From the NCBI RefSeq assembly GCF_036321535.1, contig NC_087441.1:40672001-40736000 (forward strand): a stretch of 64,000 nt of DNA, given 5' to 3'. Origin of the DNA: Camelus dromedarius. Taxonomy: Eukaryota. The position numbers were made by a program, and so were the translations under genes. The notes under the pieces are model-generated. The model was given only the letters and a program-made list of their open reading frames with translations. It searched no databases and was not told the DNA's origin. Below are positions 23,998 to 34,568 of the stretch, piece by piece (position 1 is the first letter of the stretch; each line of letters begins with the position of its first letter).

Positions 23998-24649
23998 CTG
24001 CACAACATATGATACAGCAGCACACACCAAGCAACAAGGGTAAGTCCAAATAAGGGCTAGGAAAAGTCTTTGGTTTACCCTCTTTACCTGCCCTAAATTC
24101 TAGCCACAAAAATTACACAGACCAGAAGACCATGTAACTTTTTTCCAGCTGCCAAAGAATCATTTTTTTTTAAAGCCAGCTAGAGTCTGCCCATATATCC
24201 GTTCAGGGGCTTCTACCTTTAAAGCCATCAGAAGTACATGTTGGCAAACACTGCCTGAAATGCCTTTCCCCTTAAGGAAAGAATTACTAAATTCATCCTT
24301 TCTGGACTAATCACAATTAGAGACAATCATCCTAAGATCTGTGCAAATCAATCTACCTTTGGTTCTAGAGCCAAAACATGGCAGTGCCTGTACCTAGGAG
24401 AAGAGCAGCCCAGGCTAATGAAACCCAAGAAAACATCTTTTGGGAAATACCAGGTCTGGATGAATCTCCTTCTGGGTAAGAATGAGCAAACAGAAAAAAA
24501 CAGTGGGAGAAAGGGGCAAAGTTTAGCAGACTGTGCTTGATATCTTCAAAAACATGAAAGAAGGAAGTGTCCTCCAGAGTAAAACAGTGAAAACTTAAGA
24601 GTGTTAGGCAAAGGCAGAGCTATAAAGAAACCAGGCTAAAATAATGAAA

Positions 24650-25350
24650 GAATACACGAAACCCCAGAGCAAGACCAGAACTGAAATTCCCATTAGAGAT
24701 GATAAAAATGGATATTAACAAATCAAACTGGTAATAAGGATGGCAGATTTGAGAAACTTTCAATCTGAAGATAAAGGACAGAAATGTATGTGACAGGAAA
24801 ATTTATAGATACAGAGGAAAGGGAATAAAGATACAATCCAAGAAAGTTCTTCCTGACATAACTAAAGGAATAATATCACACAGAAAAATCTGCCTAAGGT
24901 AAAAAGGGAAACGAAATTTATAGATTTAAAAGCTTCACTAAATATCAGGCTAAAATAATGAAATAAGACTCACTTTAGAAATAGTGGAAATCCAGCATTA
25001 TAGAATAATGTATCAATACTACAAACATCAAAGAAGAAGGGAATAATTTGCCTACCACTGGAAAAAAGTCAGGCTGACATTAGACTTTTTTAAAATCCTG
25101 AATAACACTAAATACCAAAGGAAAACAGAGCAGGATATATATATATACACACACACACATATATATATATACACCATGTGAAATATAAATAAAATCTTTG
25201 AAAAATAATAAGAGAAAAATTACCAAAACATAATTGTAGTGAGAAATTTGTACTTAACCCTATCCATCCATGGCAAATTAACTATATAAAAGAATTAGAA
25301 AATATATTATTTTTATGTTTTAATAAATAAAATTGTTATGTGTCAAAGAG
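24650..25350 (+). mobile_element. Decayed L1ME/HAL1 ORF1-like region
   Basis: Purine-rich L1-ORF1-like sequence, e.g. 'gaaaaaagtcaggctgacattagactttt...cactaaataccaaaggaaaacagagca'. Confidence 0.55.
25135..25172. repeat. Compound (AT)n(AC)n(AT)n microsatellite
   Basis: Directly seen: gatatatatatatacacacacacacatatatatatatac. Confidence 0.9.
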
Positions 25351-25466
25351 AATAAACCTTTTCAACATCAAATATTACTGATATTTTATATCTATTATAT
25401 ATTAATCCTAATGTCTGTCCCCTTTTCTTGAAATAACTTTACTCCCTGTTTTTTCCAGCTCAAAAG

Positions 25467-25660
25467 CAGTGTTGTTTTGGTAAATTGGTTCTCTGAACAA
25501 CAACAAAAAAAGCCCTAATTTGTAGTATTTGCCAGTTTCCAAGGGGCTGATATTTCCCACCATAGCCAGTGTCAAGGTACAAAAGGTTTAACAACCAGCT
25601 GTCAAGATTGCTGCATATTTAATGATGGAGCTGGTAAGATCCAGCTCCATCACACTACTG
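25467..25660. mobile_element. Arthur1-like hAT-Tip100 non-autonomous element
   Basis: Degenerate TIRs 'cagtgttgttttggtaa' and 'ccagctccatcacactactg'; internal 'aaaaaaagccctaatttgtagtatttgccagtttcc...cccaccatagcc'. Confidence 0.65.
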
Positions 25661-25771
25661 AGAAATTTTACCTTCTCTGGTGAAGCACTTCCTCACTTAC
25701 CACATTTCATTATGCTTAGCAGTTTGCATTCACTTTTTATCACCAGGGAATCACTTGGGAGTAGGGACTGT

Positions 25772-25797
25772 AATAACAACAACAACAACAATAACAC
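25772..25797 (+). repeat. (AAC)n microsatellite
   Basis: aataacaacaacaacaacaataacac. Confidence 0.85.
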
Positions 25798-26504
25798 TAC
25801 TAGTGGTATCATCTGTTTACTAAAGAGTGGAAAAGTTGGCTGAGAATCTTGAATCCTTGACAAAAAAATGGCTGTAGCCATGACGGATGAAAAAAAAAAA
25901 AATTTGAAAAGACCAGCAAATACACATACTTTATTACTGGAATTTGGCCTCAAAACTTGGCATAGGATCTAGAACAGACCCCAGATGAATCACAAAAACT
26001 CTTTGTGAGTCCCTGGGCTTTGTGAAAATGTGTCAGGTGTTTATCTTTATTCCTTTTCCCTAAACATGCACCCTAAGTGTAATATCTTCCCACATTAATA
26101 ATTTTGATGAGGCCATGAAAGATAATTTCAAGGCCCAAAGCAGCAAGCTAACACATCCACTCCAGTACTCCTGGACTGCATAATCCACCCTGATCACCAA
26201 CGGGCTTTCTGAGGAAGTTAGAAAAAGAAACATTTCTCAGAGGAGAGAAGACTTCAGATCCCTGTATGTCAGTGTCATAGGAGAGAAGCCAAAACCCCAA
26301 CAAACTCAAAGTCCATTCTGCAAATACCTGAGATTTTAAGTCCTTTGCTCTGTCCTCTAGAGCCCTGGCACTGTGCTGTCTCTAAGGAATTCCTATTGTC
26401 CCTGATTTGAAGCAGAGTCAAATCTCTAGATAGGATGAAGGGGTGGCTGGTGTTGTGAGTAGAAAAAAGCCTTGAACTCCCACTTTAGGGGGTAGTAACT
26501 CTGG

Positions 26505-26575
26505 CAGAGATCCAAAAACTTTTTCCTAAAGGTCCAGATAGTAAATATTTTAGACTTACAGACAATAGTTTCTGT
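26505..26575 (+). mobile_element. MER58-like fragment
   Basis: 'aaactttttcctaaaggtccagatagtaaatattttagactt'. Confidence 0.65.
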
Positions 26576-27587
26576 TGGCAGATATTAAGGCTGCATAGTT
26601 CCCAATTCATAACAATTAAATTCACTTAATTTTCAATAGCACCAAGTCAGAAAAAGAGGAAATATTAATAACGATATAGAATAGAACCTAAGAACGTGAT
26701 CATTTCACCGTAATCAAAAAGAGAATAAGAACAACATAATTGCAAGAACCAACATTCTCTTCAGCATTGAAAGTCAGCAATATTTACTAATATGCCTCAT
26801 TGATAATCTAGCAGTTTCTTATTATATGAGAAACTCAAATTATGTTCCATGTGGAATTCTATTTTTAATGTGCAATCTGTGAGATGAAGAATTATTCAAA
26901 TTAAACTTTATTTTGAACACAGGTTTAACATTTAGATGATCATTTGAGAATGTGAGGCACTTTATAGATATTCCACAAGTTCCTCTCTGACGCCATGTCT
27001 GTACAGCTGATTTAACAACTGCAACAGAGTCAATCCAGTGTTTGTGGCTGTCTTCCAACCAAATCAAATTGCTACATGATCAATCAGTTGATCAATGCAT
27101 AATTGATTGTGAGGATAGCCAGAAATATCAGCCAATTTGTTAACTGTGAAGATATAGACAAAGTCAGTGAGCAGATTGGAACAAGGAAATTAAAAGAATA
27201 TAAACCAAATTGTTCTGATCAAAGAGATTATTTGGATGAATGAGACACAAATTTTATTTATTTATTTTTCTCTTGGAAAATCTTGAATATTTCATGCTTA
27301 GAATTCTTGACACTTATTAACTGCCTCCAGCAATCTCTTACATGGAACGTGCTTGAAGTATGCTCTACCTCAACCCTCCACTAACATCATCACTTTGCAT
27401 CTATTACAATAAAAGCAAAAGTATAAAGTAGTATGTTTTCTGAAATAGATGTACACAGCAAGTTATTTAACCAATTATTTTACATAAACAATATGGACCA
27501 TATCAATAAACCACATAAAAAGGATGATACAATAAAGCAAATGGGAGAGGAAGCCCCAGAAGAAGGTGAATATTAAAACCAGCTTTT

Positions 27588-27920
27588 AAGAGACACAAAT
27601 AAACTTATTTACAAAATAGAAACAGACTCACAGACATAGAAAACAAACTTATGGTTACCCAGGGTCGGTGAGAGGAGGAGGTGGGAAGGGATAAATTGGG
27701 AGTTCGAGATTTGCAGATACTAACTAATATATAAAATAGATAAACAACAAGTTTATACTGTATAGCACAGAGAACTATATTCAATATCTTGTAACCTATA
27801 GTGAAAAAGAATATGAAAATGAATATATGTATGTATGTGTATGACTGGAACATTATGCTATACATCAGAAATCGACACATTGTAAACTGACTATACTTCA
27901 ATAAAAATATTTAAAAAAAG
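27588..27920 (+). mobile_element. Lineage-specific (camelid-like) L1 3' end, slightly older subfamily
   Basis: 'acttatttacaaaatagaaacagactcacagacatagaaaacaaacttatggttacc...gggataaattgggagttcgagatttgcagatactaact...ttgtaaactgactatacttcaataaaaa' followed by an A-rich tail. Confidence 0.92.
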
Positions 27921-28359
27921 CTAAACAAACAGAAAAGAATACTCACATCCACTGAACTAAAAAAATTATTTTTCAAGAAAAAAATTTTAAAGTCAATAGG
28001 AGCTTGAGAACACATCCTCACACAATCTAAAAGTTAAGTTTTAACAAATAATTTAATTTTATATGTAATATGTACTATATGTGTACCTAACATTTACAAA
28101 ATTAAGTGACATTAAAATTATGTACATGTTTATATGTGTTTTATTTTATAAATGTTACATAATTTCAAACATGTAGATTATTGCCTCTTGGAGACAGAGC
28201 ATGCAGATACCGTGGCTAATTTTGTTTAGAGCTTCATCCAAAATATTTGTGGCATGTATATGCAAACAGCTACTATAAATTATAAAAAAATTTATGGAGT
28301 TAATATTAAAGTACTAATGGAAAATGAACTTTATATGGCACTTTAAAACTTTTTTCCAT

Positions 28360-28560
28360 TCATAATTTCATTTGCACCTCACAGCCCTATTCTGTAGGTC
28401 AATCAAGAACTAGCATCAGTCATATTTTAGAGATGAGGCACCCAGAGGTCAAATGAATGAGGTGACCTTGCTGAGGTCACACTGACAGCTAAAGGGTGAA
28501 ACAGATATATGATCAAGGTGTTCCGTCCTTTTCTACTGAACAATTCTGCGTTCCACCATA
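28360..28560 (-). mobile_element. MIR
   Basis: 'catttgcacctcacagccctattctgtagg...attttagagatgaggcacccagagg...gaggtgaccttgctgaggtcacac'. Confidence 0.7.
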
Positions 28561-29589
28561 TCAATACCGAGATGTGAAAAATAAGTTCTTTATTTTACAA
28601 ATAATCGATCCTTTTTTTCCTGAAACTTGCTAGGAACTTCTGTAAACATTATGTATAACACACATGTTTATCAAGAAGAGTCAGAAAAAGTTAAGCCACC
28701 CCAGTGAGTTAACTGTCTTTGGTTGTAGAAAACACACCCAGTCTCAGCCTCATTTGGGTGCATATTTTAAGAACTTAATTGCCTGTTTGTCCAGACATAC
28801 TGTGCTAACCACAAGGGAAGGAGAACAGACTTGCTTCTGTTTCAGACCATTTGATATGGGAGCAATAATTCCTTGTTGTTTCAGAATTGTAATGTAAAAT
28901 TATCAATATTTAATGGGTGAGATGGATTGGTGCATGTACTTTCTTTGAACTAGGTTTTTCTCTTCTCTTCTACTTTAGCTGTGTCCTGTCAAAAAGACAG
29001 TAAAACAAATTAAAAATTTAAAACATAGGCACAACAATAAGTCTAGATTTTTACCACCAGTGGGGTCTGTAGCTAATCAGCATGGAGAAAGAGAAATAAC
29101 TGAGGGAGACTTTCCAGTGACTTTAGAAAATGTGGAAAGTTAAGTTTTCTTCTAAAACCAATGGTTTTGCTTCTGCATCTGAAAAGTGTTGGAAACATGG
29201 TTCTAGAAAACAACCCAGCTGGTGTTGCCTCCACTGAGAAAGAAATACACTCCCCAGTTCTCCACCCTCTATGTTTCCCTGTCAGTCCCCTTCAAATGCA
29301 GCTCATTTCCCACTTTCTATCTTCATGACAACTCAGATTCTGCAGCATCTGTTGAGTGTCTGTTATCTGCCAGGCAGTGTGAAAGGCACCCCTTACAGTT
29401 AATTATTATTTAACCCTTCAGGTCTACCTTTCTTCATTTTACAAATTAATGAGAACACATAGAGTTCTTCAGTATTACTCGTAGTTTTTATCATTAGTGC
29501 TTCTCCCCTACTTTTTCTTTGTTTTGCTTCATATCAATATTTTGACTTCTGTTATTTTCTTTTCCCAGATTTTAGTCATAATTTTTGAG

Positions 29590-29815
29590 TTTTTATTATA
29601 CACCAGATCCAATGCAAATACTTTATAGACATTTGCTTATTTCATCTTACTTGACCTTCAAAATCCATAAAGTAGGCATTATTATCCCCATTGTGCAGGT
29701 GGGGAGAGTAAGGCTCAAATATTTATTCATCAGGGGTTTCAAATTCATTCACTGGCAAAGCTGGGACTCAAATCTAATACTATTTGATTTCAGATCTCAG
29801 GTTTTTAACTTCTAA
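29590..29815 (-). mobile_element. MIR
   Basis: 'gtaggcattattatccccattgtgcaggtggggagagtaaggctca...ggcaaagctgggactcaaatcta'. Confidence 0.75.
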
Positions 29816-30144
29816 TCAACTCAGCATCTGCTTTTTTATATTTCTGTATACATAGAGACAACCCATATAAATATGGATTGAAAGCATATACTTATTGTGG
29901 ATATTTCTCTAATAGTCTATGAAAAAGGAATAACTCATCTACCTTCCTTCCACACATTACCTCCCCATCACACTCTCTGCCCCAGCCATAGCCCATGAGA
30001 ATGTCTTGATTTCTTCCTATTAACATTTTAAAAAATGCACCAGGCTAACTAATATAGTCATAGGTGTTAACTCTGCCCTCCCCTGGAGAGGGATGGGTAA
30101 AAAAAAATTTTTTTTCTGTCAAGTTTAATTATATTCCAATTAGT

Positions 30145-30455
30145 ACATGCAGCAGATAAAGATAAACTCAAATTCTTTCATACTTCTCCCATGTTCTTTT
30201 CTCTTCCCTTGAATCTGGGCTAGTCTATTACTTTGACCAAAAGAGCACAAGGAAAGTGATGCTATGCTATTTCTAGGCCCAAGCTGTAAGAGGACTGGAT
30301 GCTTCTGCCATGGGCTCACTGTCCTAAGTCATCAAGGAAGAAGTCTGACTACCCTGCCAGAGATTACAAGCCTTGAGATTACGTGCAAAAGAGACATGGG
30401 CTCAACTGAACCCAATCTTCTACCCATCTCCAGCAAGGGTCCAGACATGGAGTCT
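30145..30455 (+). mobile_element. MLT1G/H-type LTR, 5' part
   Basis: 'ctcttcccttgaatctgggctag...ctttgaccaaaagagcacaaggaaagtgatgctatgctatttctaggcccaagctgtaagaggactgg'. Confidence 0.75.
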
Positions 30456-30790
30456 CTTAAATCACATTCCTAGGAGACAGACTCTAAGATCTTAGACTTG
30501 TGGCTAGCAGGTTATTGGGAAGTTCTCCCAAGAACAATACATCTAAGAGATAAGCAAAGCAGGTTGGGCAGAGGGAGAAATTGAACTGTCACACAGTAGT
30601 ATCGGGTGAACTTTGAAGATAGGATGGCCCTTGAGATGTCTTGTCTTGACACAAAGAAGCAAAGCCTTTATGCTTCAGCATGGAAGAGTCTTTGGATACA
30701 GGCTATGGCCACTCATGCAGTAAATGGGATGCCCTTGGACAAGAAGGTTCAGTCCTGAAGAGTTCTGGGCAGTGCACTGTAGTATCCACT
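30456..30790. mobile_element. ERVL-type LTR fragment (LTR33/LTR16-like)
   Basis: 'cagactctaagatc...gcaggttgggcagagggagaaattgaactgtc...ggatggcccttgagatg...gtcctgaagagttctgggcagtgcactgtagtatccact'. Confidence 0.65.
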
Positions 30791-31119
30791 AAGTGCAGTT
30801 TCATTGAAAAACGTTAGCTAATTGATGAACCTTAATTCATGGAGATTTCAAGAGGGAAAACACTCTCGTAGAAAAGGTTTACTCCCCTTAGCTAGACCAT
30901 CAGATCAAAAAGAGCTTAATTTTGCAATAAATATTAAAGTAAACACTGTCTTATTTCTTCTAGCTTTTTGAAGTATAAGGAATACTAAGTGAGAGTCCAA
31001 AGAAACTGTTAGCCATGCGATTTCACGCAAGTCACTTACACAACAATAGATTGAGTCTGTATTGTGCCAGGAACAGTGCACTGGAGATACACTGAGGAAA
31101 TACCTTAGGAAGATCGAGG

Positions 31120-31290
31120 GAATCAAGTCAGTGACCTCTCTCAGAGTTTCAAAGGCCTCATTTGTAAAATGGAGACAATTCTATCTGCCTAAATTGTATA
31201 CTAGATTTTTGTCAACAGTTAATTGATGTGTTTAAAATTCTGCGAAAGTTGTAAAGGGCTATAGAAAGTTAAGCTATTATTATTGTTATT
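31120..31290 (+). mobile_element. MIR fragment
   Basis: 'cctcatttgtaaaatggagacaattctatctgcct...gtaaagggctatagaaagttaagctattattatt'. Confidence 0.65.
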
Positions 31291-32859
31291 CTTAATAATA
31301 ATAATATTTTTATTGCTGTCAAATACCTGATCCAAAAACTTCAATCAAAATTAGTGTTTATTTCTACTTATTATCTTAAGCATCCACTTGAAAATAAATG
31401 CTAAAAGTCAGTTTATAAAACATGAAAAAAAACCTATATTTTTTTTAGGAGTCTACACAAATCAGCTTTCATTGTTCTTCCTTTTCTAAAAGGTATAGTC
31501 TTTTAAAATATGTAGCTAGCGTGTAAGTTATTTTTGCAAAATGTTCTAATTAAAATTGACAAGATTCTTCTTGCAAAACCTATTCCAATAGTCCTTTTCT
31601 GACACCCACAGTCTTCAAAATAACTTTAGATAAGAGGTAGGAAAGTCAAATTAATACCAGTATACTAGGAATATCTTGTCTAAAATCCTTCCAATTCCAT
31701 ATTTCTTTCATTAGATTTTGGCTCCACTTTTGTACCTAATTGAATATATAGAGAATCAGTTAAAGAAGTATATAGACAAAAAAAATAAGATCAAATCTGA
31801 CTGTGGTAAACTAATAAGAAAACCTTCATTCCAACTACCTCTGATTTCCCAGACAACTTATAAAGCAGCGATTACAGGCTAGGCTGCACGTGATATTACC
31901 ATCAAAATTAGAGGAGAAGAAATTGTTTTTTTGACAAATTAATTTTCAATTTCAAATGGCCTAGAGCAGCACTGAGCCCTTGTTACACTTTTAATTTATA
32001 TTAAATTAGTAGATGTGGTTCTTGATGGAATAGGGGCCTCCTCTTTAGTCACAGCAAGAAGGAAACTATCACTTCTCTCTGGGTCAGTGTTCCCATTTTG
32101 CTTTCATAAAATGGCCTTAGAAAGATGCTGAGCCCGTTCTCTCTCACTGCATTTAATCGATAAAAACACGGTTTTGCAACGGCTTAAACTGAAATGAAAT
32201 GACTACCCAAGAGCTCTACTCATTCAACTGTTTAGAAGCCTTTTTCACCTATTTAGGTAAGCAATGAGATTTTACTCATTCAAAACCTCACATTTTTACT
32301 GAAGTGTTTGAACTGTTTGTTTTTGTTTCCATAACAAAGGTAAATTATCAGGCCAAAATCACCTCTTCATTAAGTATCTGGCCCAGAACCTAACCATCTC
32401 AACTAAATACCTGTTCAGTGTCTTATAAGACAGTTGTTTTAAATGAGATGTTCTCAGCATCCCCACAGCCCACCTCCATTTGATAAGAAAAATCCTGAAG
32501 CTAAGCAGAAACTCAGGTCTAGCTCTTACATGTTAATAGTGGCATGGGTCTGGGGTTTGTGTAGCTGGTGTGTAAGACACAGTTTCTCTTGATTCAACAA
32601 TGCAGAGTCCTGGCCTTTAGGGGCACTCATGAGAGAATTTTCCTGAGACCTGACTTCCTTCTAGCATTTGCCAGACTCACTGAGGATCACGATGTTTGAT
32701 ACAAACAGGATAAGAGACACTTTAATTACCCACGAATTCTGGCTACTGTAAACACAATACCTTTATCACGAGCTACCCAGAAGCTTATCAAGAGTTTACA
32801 GAAACAAACACTTTCATGTTCTCTCATTGGAAGTAAAAACTTATTCAGACTTTCTCTTG

Positions 32860-33230
32860 GGCATTTAACAATATGAGCAAAAATTGAAAATGCACATTTA
32901 ATTTGACCTAAAAATTGGATGTCCAGGTATTTATTCTAAGCAATTGATTAGACTTTACACAAAGTTGCATGGATGCTGAAACATTTTAATAGTGCAGATA
33001 AATTGGAAATAACCTTAATACTCCTATATATGAGATTAATTAAAGTATGACATAGCAGTACAATGGAGTGCCATGAAGCCATTAGAAAGACTAAGGTAGT
33101 TCTCTATATAGATCTGTAAAGATTTATTGTTAAGTTTAAAAATGTGAGAAAACAAGTCTAATTTGATTTTTTTTTGTTTAAATGTATATAAACACACATG
33201 TACATATTAAAAAGTGTAGAACTACAAATG
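32860..33230 (+). mobile_element. L1ME 3' fragment
   Basis: 'caaaaattgaaaatgcacatttaatttgacc...aattggaaataaccttaatactcc...caatggagtgccatgaagccattagaaag'. Confidence 0.7.
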
Positions 33231-33509
33231 TAGTTTTAGTTATTCATGGTGGTGGAAACTCCTTCACTTTAGACTTACACAATTCTATATTTTTAACTGT
33301 TTACAATAAGCTTATATTGTGTTCTTATTTTAGGAAAAATTTAACTTACTCATTACAAAAATATTCTGAATGAAACCAGATGGCACCATATTACCTTAGT
33401 TCCCACTTAACTTGTAGAGTTAAAATTTAATGTTAAATTCACAGATTTATAGAAAAGATGATATAAGAGATTTTGAACAATATTTCTAAGCTAAACTGTA
33501 GTAAATCAC

Positions 33510-33750
33510 AGTAACTATTACTGTAGTCTGGTACTGTGCTGCGTCTTACATTTATTTAATATTCATAACTACCTAAAAGAGATACTATTATTAAGGTACT
33601 ACTAGCAAAGATACTACTATTTATATCTTACAAAGGAGCAAGTTAAGATTTAGATATATTGAGTAACTTTGCCAGTTAGTAGTAGAATTGAAAGATTACG
33701 CTAAATATGTCTGACTTAACAGCCAATGGTCTTAACCACTGTGCTGGACT
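33510..33750 (-). mobile_element. MIR
   Basis: 'ttatttaatattcataactacctaaaagagatactattatt...tgtctgacttaacagccaatggtcttaaccactgtgct'. Confidence 0.65.
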
Positions 33751-33969
33751 ATACTACTGTTTTATATTACTATGAGGGCCATGGGCAGGAAGACAACAGC
33801 CACTCTTTGCATTCTAGACATATTTAATACAGTCATTTGAGGCTTTAAAAAGTCTGAAATTTCCAAGTCAAAAGGTCAAAGGCAGGTGGTTCTTAATAGC
33901 TCACAGAAGCTTCTGCATTTCTCAAAAGTCTCTGGAAAGTGTCCATCAGCTATTTCAGCCTATAGCAGG

Positions 33970-34225
33970 AAAGGAGGTGCTTCTCAAGAACTTGTTGGGA
34001 AGCCTCCATGACGTTTCAGTTCTGTTCATGCATCTGGCTGCAACTGCCTCTGCAGGAAACTGGCTTCTTCTACTCTACCCTCCATCTCACCCAGCGCCTC
34101 TCATTGGCAAACTCTAAGCTGAAGCAACAAGGAACAAGGGATTCTGGAAAATATAATTCCCCACTACTCTGCAGTACAGAAGTGACCTTAGAAAGGGGAC
34201 GTGGAAACTTGAGTTAACAACAGAA
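33970..34225. mobile_element. Old MaLR LTR fragment (MLT1K/L-like)
   Basis: 'ctcattggcaaactctaagctgaagcaacaaggaacaagggattctggaaaatataattcc'. Confidence 0.5.
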
Positions 34226-34320
34226 TACAAAATTATTGATTTACTAAGTACTTCATATAACCATGTATAGATACACACACACACACACTTACATGTATAC
34301 ATGTTAGGTGTATTTGTAGA

Positions 34321-34568
34321 CAGTATAGCGTAATAGTTAAGAACATTGACTCAGAAGCCAGATAGCTTTTGCTCAAATCTTGGTTTCCCCGTTTATTAAC
34401 TGGGTGAGTTTGAACAAGTTGCTCAATCTCTCTGTGCTGCAGTTTTCCCAGCTCTAAAATGGGAACAGTAATATTACCTATGTCAGAGGATTATTGTGAG
34501 AGTTAGATATAAACTAAATATAGCTTACAATATTGCCTTGCATATAATGGTGCTGAATAATGTTTTAA
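34321..34568 (+). mobile_element. MIR, essentially full length
   Basis: 'cagtatagcgtaatagttaagaacattgactcagaagccagatagc...ctcaatctctctgtgctgcagttttcccagctctaaaatgggaacagtaatattacct'. Confidence 0.9.
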
